Shown here: in pieces, positions 1 to 11,962 of the stretch
How the letters are laid out: every line of letters starts with the position of its first letter
How positions within the stretch are numbered: position 1 is the stretch's first letter
Assembly (NCBI GenBank): GCA_013265495.1
Contig: MU058636.1
Location: 3,893,967 to 3,957,966, forward strand
Direction of reading: 5' to 3'
DNA length: 64,000 bases
From: Vicugna vicugna
Taxonomy: Eukaryota
Made by a program: the position numbers and the translations under genes
The notes under the pieces: generated by a model
The model's database searches: none
Told to the model about the DNA's origin: nothing
The model's input: only the letters and a program-made list of their open reading frames with translations

Positions 1-984
1 TCTATGTGGTCAGAGGCCACCTTTGCCTCAAGCTCTGTGGCTGGTTGCTGCCCAGGCTGCTTGAGGCAGGACCACGCACGGGTACTCCCACAGGAGCCCA
101 GTGTGTCCCCTGCCGCTCCTCTCGTCATGGGACTTGGATCTAGGTGATGGGGCTGCATGAGTGATGATGTCACCCTGACCTCCCCGGTTTCTTGGAGCAG
201 CGGCTCCGAGGCCGAGAGCCCAGGCCCCTACTGCATACGGCTGCCCCGCTGTCCTAGCCTCGTTTCCCTCTCACTGTGGCCTTGTGGTACAGGTGCTGTT
301 GGGGCCTCCTGTTTCCACCCATACTCCAGGCAGTGTGAAGAAACAGGAGCGTGCAGAACCAGGTCCAGGACAAAAGTGTGTGCCCTCCCACGAGATCAGC
401 TCCCTTTGCCGACTTTCCGGGAGGCCCTGCACACTTCTGCACACATCTTGAGGGCCAGAATTTAGTCGCTGGGCCCCACCTCATCACAAGAGAGGCTGAG
501 AGTTCTGTACCTTAAGAAGAAGGCAAGAAAGGATTTGGGGTAGACAACTGGCAATCTTTGTGCCAGGAGGTCAGAGTAAAAGGCTTTGGATGCTTCAGAG
601 TCAGAGGGTATCACACCTAGAAACACCATTCATTGTGCATTTCCTGCCAGAAAATGGCAGAGAGCTGTGAATCTAAGGTCTGGATTGGGAGAATACTCAG
701 CTTGTAGGAACGCGATGTGGACTTTGGTTACAGTCACAGGTCTGTCTTTGAAGTCATTTAAGCTCCATGTTTGTATACCTGAGATCTCCCAGGTGGATCT
801 GCAAGCCAGTGAGATGGTCAGTTTAATGATGTGTTGGTGTCTAAGGCTGCAAAGGGAGGGGCTCCCCCATCCATGGATATCTGGGGTTGAGGGAGTGACG
901 TCATCGGCACCTCCATCATCACCGTTACTGGCGGCGGCAGAATCAGCACCGTCCTCTCTACACCTTCCCGGGCAGGGTCTGCTA

Positions 985-1360
985 TGGCTTCAGTTGCCTC
1001 AGGCTGCTATAACAAAATACGGTAGACTAGATGGCTTAAGCAACAGACATTTATTTCTCAGAGTTCTGGAGGCTGGAATTCTGAGATCAAGGTCCAGGCC
1101 AATTCATTTCCAGGTGTGGGAGGGCCTTCTTCCTGGCTCGCAAGTGGCCGCTTTTCTCTCTGTGTCCTCAGGGGCTGGAGAGAGAGCAAGCTCTATCCTT
1201 TCTTCTTCCTATCAAGCCACTAATCCTATCAGAAAGGCCCCACCCTCATGACCTCATCAACCCTAATTACTTCCCAAAGGCCCCATCCCCACATTCAGTG
1301 GGTGGTGGGCAGTGGAGAGGGCTTCAGCATGTACCTGGGGGGACACAGTTCCGTCCAAAG
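985..1360 (-). mobile_element. MaLR LTR (MLT1A-like)
   Basis: ggctgctataacaaaatac...catttatttctcagagttctggaggctgg...ccaccctcatgacctcat...taattacttcccaaaggcccca; hallmark MLT1 reverse-strand motifs. Confidence 0.85.
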
Positions 1361-1664
1361 TACTGAAACTGCTGCGGGGTGTCAGGTGGGACAACAGCTC
1401 ACACGCAGCAGGAGGCAGCCGCGCTCAGGCTTGTTCACTCCTGCTGGCACCAACTCCAAGTAGAGGCAGCACGGGAACTCAGCTCTGAGCGCAGAGCTGG
1501 TTCTAATTCTCAGCACCTCTTTGGTGAGTGACTAAATGACTAAACAGGAAACGGGAGAGGTGAGCAATGAACGAGGCCAGAGTGGGGCCGCTTAGAGGGT
1601 CCCAAACAGGAGGTTGAACAGCAGAAACCCTCTCCTCCAACTGGATCCCCACCAGTGGCTGTTA

Positions 1665-2120
1665 GGTTAATTCAAAAATATATATTTGAAGGCAAGGAAC
1701 CATTTTTAAATGATACGTACCTCCTACAAACATTTTATTTCAATTTGCAACAGTAAAATGTACATTCGTTCCCGATCTTTTGATGTAAGGCCAAGGCTTT
1801 TTCTTCGAGTAAGAGGCAAGTTCAACACAGTCTGCCATAAATGCATTATTTATGACTTTCAGTTTCTGCCTTTTTTAAGCAGAGCAAGAACTTAAAGATA
1901 TTTGCAAAGCAATGAGAGCACTAGACTTCTAGTTTTTTTGCAATTTCCCCCAAGCTTTAAAAGTTATCTCATCTGTCCTCAATTTAACATGACCCTTCAT
2001 CTGGTCTTTTCCAAGTATTCATCTTAGTTTTCACAAAGTTTTTTCGTGCTAATTTCGTCAAATTTCATTTTGCTTAAATAAATGTATAATCACAATAAAA
2101 TGTACGACTGGCAGCCGCAG
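1665..2120 (-). mobile_element. Degenerate TcMar-Tigger DNA transposon fragment (CENP-B-like HTH coding remnant)
   Basis: Minus strand gives LIALQISLSSCSA*KRQKLKVINNAFM and LEEKALALHQKIG (1771-1809), resembling a Tigger transposase N-terminus, with stops and frameshifts. Confidence 0.65.
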
Positions 2121-3549
2121 GTTTGGGAACAAACACAGCTGATTCGTGTTAAGTTACAGCCCCTCAGCCGTCAGGAGCAGAAGTGCCATCTACCAGACGT
2201 GAGTGTCTAGAGCATTCTGCGGGCATTTGGCAGGGGGTTTGCAGAGAGTCAGTCAATCCATCAGTTCAGTTAAGAGAGTGTCTACCACATGTAATCCTTT
2301 GAGCAACAAGGATTCCCTAGAAACCAAATCAGTGCTTTCCCTGGACAGCTTGGCCGTAGTGCAGAAGAGGGGGAGGGAGCACGTGATCTTGTCCTCAGTC
2401 TACCCGGGTTAGTGGTACCTTACCTGCATCACCTCAGTGGGACCCAGCCTCCTCCAACAGCTCACGTCTCATCCAGTGTCAGCAACTGTCAGGATCCCAC
2501 CCAGGGCCATCGCCGACGTTTGGGTGGGGAATTACTAAACTGCTTTGTCTTATTCTTGCAGCGTCCTGGATGCACCCCTTGTTATCCCCACTCACAGATG
2601 AGAAAGTGGAGGCTTAGGGAGGACATGTGACTCGCCCAAAGTCAAGCCACTGGTCAGTGGTAAGGCAGGAACATGGGCCCACCTTCTGTCCACTCCCCCC
2701 CAGTGAAAGGACCAGGCCTCAGACAAGGGCTCTGATATGAGCACAGAGATGAAGTAGAAGCTATTGGCGATGGGCAGATTATTGTGGATCCGGGAATCCT
2801 CCCCAGCATGCAGGCCCGAGTGATCGTGCTAGTGTTACTTGCTGAGACACATGACGGGGTTCCTTAAATGGAAAGGGGTGGAGAGGCGGCCAGGAGTAGG
2901 AGCCTCCCGGGCTGGGCAGGGTGAAGTGAGGACAGGAGAGGCAGACTGGGAAACCACCTCCGGAGACACGGTGCCAGGAGGGCGGAGGGGTGACGGGGGC
3001 TGTGCGTGGAGCACAAGGGCTGTAGATGCCACTGGGTTCTCCAAGGACAGCGGTGCTGACTGAGCAGGGGCTGTGGGGGAGGCCAGAGAATCAGTGATCA
3101 GATGGAGAGCCCGGCCTTGGAGACGATATGCTCCAGCAAAGGCTGGTTAAGATTCCTCGTACCCCTGCTGGGTCAAGGACATGCAGATTTGGCCTCCAGG
3201 CTTGTGCTGGAAATTGTCAGCAAATAATTCAGGGAACGTTTGTTCAACACTCACTCTCATTGTTTGCTGAGCTCCACCCTGCCAGGCACGGGCTGTGAGG
3301 AGACACTGGGGTACAGCTGGGAAGGGGACGGAGTCTGTGCCCCGAGGAGCGTGTACTTGGTGGGGGCAGAGGGGTCTCTGGGCTCCGTCCCTTCACCGCC
3401 TGGCTCTCCCCTGACAGGAGGGGTGCAAAGCATTGTGGGAGCACCAGTGCCGGGGTCGAGGAGGCCTCCTGGAGGAAAGGACTTTGTACTCAGACCTGAA
3501 AGATGTATGGGAAGTAGTCCGTTCAAAGGGGATTTTAAGAGAAGTAAGA

Positions 3550-3866
3550 GCTGCTACAACATAGAGGACATTATGCTCAGTGAAAGAAGCAGGCTGCAAA
3601 AGGCCACGTGCTGCATGATCCCACTCACATGAGGTTGGAGTCCTAAACTCCCAGCGACAGAAAGCAGAACAGTGGGTGCCAGAGGCCGGGGGTGGGGTAG
3701 TTCTTTTTCACCGAGTTTCGGTTTTGCAAGATGACAAGATTTCCAGAGATGGATGGTAGTGATGGTTGCACAACACTGTGAAAGGACTTAAGGCCACAGA
3801 GCTGCACACTTAAAATGACTAAGGTGGTCAATTTTTTGTTCTGTGTGTTTTACCACAATTAAAAAT
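3550..3866 (+). mobile_element. L1 (L1MB-like) 3' end
   Basis: gaggacattatgctcagtgaaagaagc...gagatggatggtagtgatggttgcacaaca...ttttaccacaattaaaaa. Confidence 0.85.
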
Positions 3867-4243
3867 TAAAGAGAGAAATAAAGGAGGAGCATGAGGCAAG
3901 GAAGGCCCCCAGATGAGTCAGAAAGGGGAGTAGTTCCCTGTATTTAGCCCAGAGCTGTGTGGAGCGGGGGGAGGTGACAGTGGCAAGGACTGTTATGAAA
4001 GGAAGGCATTTGAGGGGTGGAAGTCGGTGGCTTTCCAAGGTGTTCAGAAATGAACAGGAGGAGCGCCTTGGTGACTGAGGATCAAGTAGAAAGGATCAAC
4101 ATAGACATGTCTTTGCTAGTGGACCATGTGCTCTGATGACAGGTACCGCTGCCCTCCATCCAGGGGCTTGCATTTCAGCAAGAGGCAGGAGTGAGCCACC
4201 GGCTGCACGAGGAATACGCACTCACCTGGTTCTTTCCCTCCAG

Positions 4244-4424
4244 GCCGCCTCTGGAGCAGAGCAAGCCCTTCCGGGGAGCGCCCGCACTGGGGGTGCCCAG
4301 CATTTACCAGACCCTCTGGTGCCACAAGGTCCACTGCGTGTCAGCTCTTGCGGAGAAGCTGGATTTGTCCATCATTGGTGATTTGTTCGATTTAAACTCT
4401 TACCCAGGAAGAAGGAGGACGTGA
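4244..4424 (+). CDS. Candidate terminal coding exon of a plus-strand gene, possibly WDR95
   Basis: Branch-like ctcac plus ttctttccctccag acceptor, then an open frame (R)PPLEQSKPFRGAPALGVPSIYQTLWCHKVHCVSALAEKLDLSIIGDLFDLNSYPGRRRT*. Not repeat-like. Tail-to-tail position with HSPH1 fits Wdr95 synteny. Homology not verified. Confidence 0.45.
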
Positions 4425-4839
4425 AGCTGCCCAGAAATGATACTGATCACATAGCAGTTTCCCGATTCGAGTGCTGCAGAGACCAGGCTGCTAGTTTCTT
4501 TTCTTGGCAAATTCTTCTTCCCTGGTTGATCAAGAAGTCTGACTGAGATTCAGCTTTGCCCGACGGGGCAAAGAAAAACAAAACAAGAAGTGATTTCAGC
4601 CAACATGGGCTTCTTCCCAAAGCAATTAGAGCTTGGATTTAAGCAAACAAATTGGATTCAAGGTTTTTCCTCCTCGGAGCCATTATTTCATTGAGCGAAG
4701 AGAGCACAGGGCGGATGGGCCCTGAAGCAGCTCCACCAGGACCCCGAATATCACTGACAGCAGCTGCCCAAGCCGGGCTGGGAGCAGAGGGAGGGGAAGG
4801 GGGTGCTAGTAAGAAAGCTGACAGTTTTGAAGGTTTGCT

Positions 4840-5370
4840 TTGTGCTAGGCGAGCCCTAGTTAAGACCTTAGATGAATCATCTCACTTCTTTCTAATCTTG
4901 CCCCCGGGAATAGATGCTCTTATTGGCCCATTTCACCAACAAGGAAACTGAGGCTCCATGAAGTTAAGTGACTTGCCAATGCTTAACAGTTAACAAAATG
5001 GCACACAATGATCCAGAGCCCACACTCCTAACTACCAACTGCAGTGACTCTCAGAGAAGAGGGAATGACATCAGAAGGCCAGTGGCCCTCTCCTTGCACC
5101 ATCACCTCCAAGCCACGCGCCGTCTCAGAGGTCCCAGCCGTAATAGGAAAAGAACAACACGACACTGCCGGTTACAGATCACTGACTAGGCTCGCCTCTT
5201 CATGGACATCATTTAATCCTCAAAGCAGGCTCTCTAGACCCTCTCCAGGCTACATCCCCTGCTTTACAGATGAGAAAACCGGTCATCGTAGAAATTAAAT
5301 ATTTTGCCCAAAGTCACACAGCAACAACAACAACACAAAAAACCCTCACAATTCAAATCTTAGTTCGGCC
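4840..5370 (-). mobile_element. Two MIR SINE fragments (~4840-5050 and ~5190-5370)
   Basis: Core motifs cccatttcaccaacaaggaaactgaggctc...gttaagtgacttgcc and ctttacagatgagaaaacc...ttgcccaaagtcacacagc. Confidence 0.7.
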
Positions 5371-7269
5371 CCAAACACTGGGCTATTCATCTCTGCCTCT
5401 GACTCAGAGCCATCGTTTTGCCGAGAAGACCTTATGGTGAAGGGAACCCATAACTGCAAAGCTCGGAAGTCTCCTAACCCCCAAAGTCCAGCACTTTCCA
5501 GGGCCCACTCCCCCTTTCTTTGGTCAGCTCATGACAAGTATCCTACTGAAACGGGCCAAAGGCGCTGTCCTGGCCCCGCCACACCCCCTGGGGCCAGGGT
5601 CTGCAGGACCAAAGAGAAGAGTCCTCCCAAAGACTGCACCCCCTTCTAGACCACCCTGCAGGTCCTGGGACCTGGGGATCCCCTGCCTCAGTGGCCCTGA
5701 GTCTGCATTCAGAGCCTGTGCAGCACCCCCAGGTCCATCCATCCTTGGGGGACCACTGGTCCCAGCCCCTCGAGGTGGCTAAGGACTAAGATGTTCCCTG
5801 GGGTGCAGATACTGGACACGCTGGCTGGGGGGCCGTGCACACGCACGTTAAGGCCCTAGGGGTGCGGAAAGAAGCTAGAGGCACAGGGAGAAGGAGGGCA
5901 AGCCAGGGTCTCGGGGCCGGGGGCTGGGGGCTGAGGCCTGGGGGCTGGCTCCCCGTGCTCTGCCACATTCACCACGGAACTATGAGGACTCTACCCCTTG
6001 AGCCTTAATTTCCTCAGCTGTTAAAAGGGAGGGGGCTGCAGTTTGCTCCCCAGATTTCCCCACCTCTGTTTCTGAGTCTTTGAGCCATCAGCCTAACTTG
6101 TCCGGACCTCTTTTCCCACTGTGCTTTTTTTTTAATGAACTTTTAAACAGTGGGTTTCTCTCTATTTTAATGAAGTATTCATTTTTAATCCTTGAGTTTT
6201 GGACCGTAATTTAGAGTTCAAGCCTGGGGGTTCTAGCCTGCCCACGTGGTCCTGTTTAAACTGAGAGCCCTGCATGAACGTTGTTTTGCTGAGGGCGGGT
6301 TCCCCCTTTTAACTACTCCCCTGAGGAAAGAAGGCCGTTACATGAAGTCAGCAGTGTTCAGAACAAAACCTGCCTTATAAATCAAGCCGAGCAGGGTTCT
6401 GGATTCCTCCAGGGGCAACTTCCAATTGGTCTGGGCTGGAAGAAAACGAGGCAGAGTTGTGAAACAACGGAGTGGAACGCCTGACTTTGCTGAGCGGGCC
6501 ATCCCTCCTCCGACCCAGATCTGCCACCAGGGTTTGGTGAGGGTTTGGTGAGTCCAGTCGGAATCCGGGTCTCTAGTCGGTGATATAGAAGCTGGGACTG
6601 TCTTCTTTCCTCCTGTCTGGACAACTTAAAGGAGCCTCAGAGCACAAATTTTTTAGGATGCTCTGATAGAAAATAGGGGCCCACCAAGGAGGGACTGTGG
6701 TCTTTTCTCCACTCTGGGTGCTCAGGCGGAGGCCGGCTCCAGCTCCTGGAGGCTTGGTCAGGACGCTCTGAGACTCAGGAAGGGGCCATGATCTTCTATA
6801 CGTTGAGGCCACTCTGTGCTTCCTGAATCCTGAGGCCATACTCTCTCCTCCATCCCACACAGCCCCTCACCCCCGGCTGAGTTCAGGTGAAACCTAGGTC
6901 TGCCTTCCCTTCCTCTCAGTTTCAAGATCCCCAAGAGAATATTTTGTAGTTTATCTGCTAGTCTGAAATACTCCAGGCGGTGTCTCACCTTCCTTGACCT
7001 CCTGTCCTGAAACACACCTGCCAGCCTCCCTGCTTCCTCCTACCTCTTGTCGGTGGCAGCTCTCACGAAGAACACTAGCATCTCTGCGCATCTTTGTCAC
7101 CATCAGAGGTTTTACTAAAGGCTTAAGAAGTTTAATTACTGGTTTAGTTTTCCTAGACAACAACAAAGCAGGCCCATTTTATTTGGGAGATGTCTCTCTG
7201 GTGAAACACAGACAGGAAAACACTAAAAGAAAGATGCAGGCAACAATTTTTTCATTCACTGGGGAGCAC

Positions 7270-7730
7270 TGTCTGGGCTGAATAACAGCCACCCCCAGAC
7301 AGCAAGTTCTAATCCCATGTGCTGTGACCATGACCTTACCGGGAAGTGGGTCTTTGCAGATTTAAGTACAGGAGGGTCAGGAGATGAGGAGATGACCGTG
7401 GATTTTTCAGGTGGGCCCTAAATGCCATCACAAGTGTCCTTATGAGAGGCAAAAAGAGATGAGAGGGACACAAGGGGAAATGTGGTGCAAAGGAGAAACA
7501 GGGGAGGTCGCAGCCACAAGCCAAGGGCTGCCTGGAGCCGCCAGAGGTGAGAAGAGGCAAGGACAGATTCTCCCCTGGATCCCGGGGTGAGGGGGTGTAG
7601 GGGGAGCAGCCCTGCCAGCAGCTTGATTTCAGACGTCTGACCTCCAGATCTGTAAGAGAATCAGCTTCTGTTGTTTTAAGCCTCCCAGTTTGTGGCTGTT
7701 GGTCACAGCAGCCCTAGGCAAGTGAACACA
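7270..7730 (+). mobile_element. MaLR LTR (MLT1C/D-like)
   Basis: gtgggccctaaatgccatcacaagtgtcctta...ccacaagccaaggg...gaggcaaggacagattctccc...ttctgttgttttaagcc...cagcagccctagg. Confidence 0.85.
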
Positions 7731-10616
7731 GGCACTAAGGCGTCTAGAATGGGGCACACTTTTCCTTCTCAAGAATGTGCCACCTGGCCAGCACCTGTCT
7801 GTTAATTATTTCATTTGTTTGTTTAGTTAACAAATCCTCTACATATCAGGCTCTGTGCTAAGCTCTGGGGACACAAATAGGACTAGGACACTGTCCCTGT
7901 TGTCAAGGAGAACACAGTTTAGCAGGAGAAAGACATATAAAGAGATCACTATAAAGTAATGCCTTAAACACAACAGGATAGAAGTCGATGGAGCTCCGCA
8001 GGGGCAGCTAATGGATGTGGTCAGGAGGTTTGGCTGGGATTCCTCGGGGAGGGGGAGGCCTGGGCAGTGGGAAGGCAGGCAGGGCAGGGCCGGTGGGAGG
8101 TGGGGCCAGGTGGTGTGTGTGTGTGGAGGGGATACGGGTGTGAGAAAAAATGTGGGGGGGCGTGTGCACTCTTCTGGGAGCCACAGTCCCCTGCCTGAGA
8201 AGTGCCCCCTCTTAACGTTTCTCATATTGAGTTCTTCCAGCAATAAATGACCCAGGTTTTGTTTTTCTGATAAAGACTTCTCTTCCTTTTTTGAAAGATA
8301 TTTGCCATGGGTATAGAATTCTGGATTGAGAGGGGGTTTTGTTTTCCCTTTCAGCCCTGGTTTATTTGGTTTCTGACAAGAAATGTGCTGTTCATTTTAT
8401 CTTTCTCCTCTGAATTGAATGTGTCTTCATTTTCTGGCTACTTTCAAGATTTCCTCTTTTGTTTTGGGTTTTCAGAAAAGTAGGACAAATATTATTACGT
8501 GTTTTTGAAGTGAAGATTGTTGAGGCTTCGAAAGGTAACTGGCCCAAAGTCACAACACTAGAAATTGGCTGAGTGAGGACCAGAGCCCAGGCCTTTGGAC
8601 CCATCCTGGAAGCAACGAGTATAGGTCACCTGTTGAAAGTGTCCTCCAATGAAAGAAAGCCAGAAATCAACTTAGTAAAGTCAACATTTAAAAAGGTATT
8701 TGTATACCCTGGAAGTAAATGTAGTGGATTGTACGGGAAGAGCAAGGATTCCAGGAAGGCAGTGCCAGCACCTCCTTCTTTTCCTCTTTTTCTTTATTCC
8801 CTAGTTGGCCAGTGTGTGTTTTTTTCCCTAAGGATTATTCTGACTTCCTCCACTCCACAGGGAAGTGGCTGTGCTCTGACAGAGCTCACTCCTGCACATA
8901 ATTTGGTCCCCGGGAGGGTACCCATCACAAGTTTTCCCCCGACTCCTTGACACAGGAAGGTGTGTGTCAGCACGTCTGCCGGGGCGCTCCCCACCCTGCC
9001 CGGGGAGCAAGTTTGCCGCGGGGAGAGCAGACCTCAGCGAGGACAGTGGGCAGGTGCACCTGGCTCTGTGTTGTGCAAGCCCCGTCTCCCTGAGTTACCC
9101 ACAGACTGGTTATTCAACGCTCTTTAATCACATGGATCAGTGGTTACAAGTACTGTCTATCAGGAATTACTTGACTGATTAAGAGCCGTCTTCTGATTCC
9201 TCTAATAGAGCTGTCCTTTAGGCAACATGCTTACAGAAACTATTGCTGTAAAATGTCCAGAATTCTCCAAAAAAAAAAAAAAGCTTACATCATGTAAAAA
9301 GTGTTGGGCAGATTATGACAACCAAATGAAGCATATAATCCTCAATTGCATCTTAAATCCAAAATATAGCTGTAAAGGACGCTCGGGACTTTGGACCCAA
9401 TAATGCTATCGTGCCCGTGAGCAGGTTCTGGGATGTGGTACTGGACTTGCGGCTGGGCAGAGGTCCCCGTGCTGAGAAGCCTCGTGGTGAAGTCGTAGGG
9501 GTGAGCGTTGCAGTGACCAGTCACGTGTTCATTGCATTTCGCTTTCAACTTGTCTAAATTAAAAGATGGGGCATTAAAAAAAAGAATGCTACTCTGGGAT
9601 TGTTGTCGTTCGAAGGGAAGGGGATATTGTCAAAGTGACTCTTGCAGAGAGGTTTTCTTATGTTAGTAAACAGGACAGTTCACAAATCCTGACAATCACA
9701 TCTTCGAAACTGCGAAAATATTGTCCTGTTTATTGACAGTAAAGTCAATATTCTCCAGACACATTTCTGGTACCATCTGGCATTCAGAACATTCCCCAAC
9801 CTGGAAGTGGTTAGCAAAGAGGTAGCCCTGAGTAATAAAACAGACTCTGTGTTTCCACTAAGCCGTGGTGGCTGGATGGCTCACCGAGCAGGAAGAAAGC
9901 CTTGCTCTGACTGCCCATGTCTATTTAAAAAGCCGCACTTTCCACAGAAAACCTGAAAGGAAGGGAAGAAATGAAAAAAAAAATGCGGTATTTGTGTGTG
10001 CGGCGGTGGGAGGGGAGGAGTAAGCAGGGTGCACTGACGGTGGAGAGGAGTGAGGAGGAGACAGGCGGAGCCCTCCGGCATCAAACGTAGCCTTCACTGG
10101 GGGTGGGCTCCGCACCAAGATCGCCGCACGCTTCACAGGGACAAGCGCCTTTACTCCTGTGGGGGGAGAAACATCTTACAGAGGAAACTGGCCGGGAGAG
10201 GTCAATGCCAAGGTCGTGCTGTTTATAAAAAGCGGAGCCAGAATGTAAACCCATGTATATTTGACTGAAATGCCACGAAGCACTTAATTTACTATCCAGT
10301 ACTGCCCCCTAACTAAGCTGGAGCCAGTACTCAGTATATAGGGGGCTGTTTCCCGATTCTCCGCACTGTCTTATTTTTGATAATAAAAAATGTGGGAAAC
10401 CCCTGGAGGGAGGATGTTGGTGCAGGGGTTCTTGGGGTGAGGGGTGCTGAACATCTATAGCCAGTGAGAAAAATCTAAGTCAGAAAACTATAAGTGGATA
10501 AGCATGTATCAGTTGATCCACAGAATATAGCACTGATGCTCAGAAAATGAGACTTCGGGTTGTTAGGGCTGAGGTATCAAAGGCATCGCACAGGACGCCC
10601 CACACGGAGGCAACAG

Positions 10617-10780
10617 TCCAGCGGTTCTTCAGGTTGTGTGACACTCATCTGGGAAGCTTTTCAAATCCTCATGCCCACGTCCCATTCAGACCAATTAAAT
10701 CAGAATCTCTAGAGGTGGGTGTATTTTTTTTTTAAGCCCCTGAGAAATTCCAAAATGCAGCCAGTGTTGTGAAACACTGT
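10617..10780. mobile_element. MER5A-like hAT MITE
   Basis: cagcggttctt...cagaccaattaaatcagaatctct...aatgcagccagtgttgtgaaacactg. Confidence 0.7.
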
Positions 10781-10927
10781 TTCTAATCTAATAATTTTCA
10801 AAGAAAAGACAAGCTTGTTATTTTTTTTTGAACAATTGCAATTGTCTAACAAAAGCATCAAGGAATGGTACCTTGCTTCCTCCTGATGCACTGATATTTT
10901 GTTTTACTTGTTTTTTTTTTTTTTTTT

Positions 10928-11154
10928 AAAAAAAACACGGGTCTTGATTTGGTTTGAAAAAACTGGGCTAAAAAATTAAAATCGGTAAAGAAAAGCTTTG
11001 GTGTTTCACATAAGCACATGGCTGGAGAACTGGACACAGCAAAGAAAAATACGGGTCTTGATCGGGTTTGAAAACACTGGGCTAAGAATCTATAATCGGT
11101 AAAGAAAAGCTTTGGTGTTTCACATAAGCACATGGCTGGAGAACTGGACACAGC
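10928..11154. repeat. Tandem duplication of ~114 bp
   Basis: 10928-11040 and 11041-11154; the last ~60 bp are identical. Confidence 0.95.
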
Positions 11155-11549
11155 CTGGTGAAAACACAGCAGATCCTAACACGGCTGAACTTTGCGGCTA
11201 ATTTCAGGGAACAGATTTGGAGTCCTCCCGTTGGGAGTTTTCAACGAGGATGAACGCGTCTTTGGTGTTGCTGATCAACTTCTACGCCAGGGTAGGCGCA
11301 TGCTGTGGTCACTCTGCCACCATGGAGAGAACATGGCCTTCAGAATCAGTCAGCTCCAAGTTCTGATTAACCTTTTAACTTGGTCAAATGATCTTTCAGC
11401 TCATGTTCTCACCCACATAAACCAGTGAGGATTATCGTGAAGCCTGCGTCAGAGCACGGAGCAGAGCGCCGGCTCACCAGAAGGCACGCGGCCAGTTTAC
11501 TTCCTTCTCTTTGCCTATGATTTTAAAGTTCAAAGTCACTTTCCCTAGA

Positions 11550-11962
11550 GCAGGGGTCCTCAGGGGACAGGGGTCATTGTCACAACGTGAGGCCAGGGAT
11601 GTTGTTAAATGTTCTTCAGTGCACAGGGCAGGCCCCCCATAACAAAGAATTCCCCAGCCCACCTGAACTATGTATAAAATAAATAAGCTACAAAGATCTT
11701 CATACAGCACAGGGACTAGAGCCAAAATTTTATAACTTTAAAAGGCGTATAAGCTATAAAAATTTGGAATCATTATCTTGTATACCTTAAACTAATACAA
11801 TATTGTAAATCAACCATAAAGTATGAATTTTAAAAATTCATGTAGAAAATTCATGATGAACAAAATACCAAGTTTACATAAACACAAACTGTTAGTATTA
11901 AATAGTAATAATAAAAATTACCCAACCCAAAATGACAACAGAGCTGAGGTTGAGAAACCCTG
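11550..11962. mobile_element. MER20-like MITE interrupted by an artiodactyl-type L1 3' end (~11668-11823)
   Basis: MER20-like halves: gaggccagggatgttgttaaa...cccccataacaaagaatt and cccaaaatgacaacagagctgaggttgagaaaccctg. L1 tail: tacagcacaggga...aaactaatacaatattgtaaatcaac. Confidence 0.65.

Noticed and set aside
586..1251. 221-aa ORF
   Set aside because: Starts at TTG, its 3' half lies in an MLT1 LTR, and it has no recognisable domain.
2160..2198. Possible 39-nt phase-2/2 micro-exon (acag|...CAGAC|gtgagt) upstream of the candidate WDR95 exon
   Set aside because: Poor polypyrimidine tract and no homology I can recognise; cannot be told from chance.
10858..11151. 97-aa ORF with a repeated 38-aa unit
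   Set aside because: A by-product of the 114-bp duplication, itself probably an artefact.
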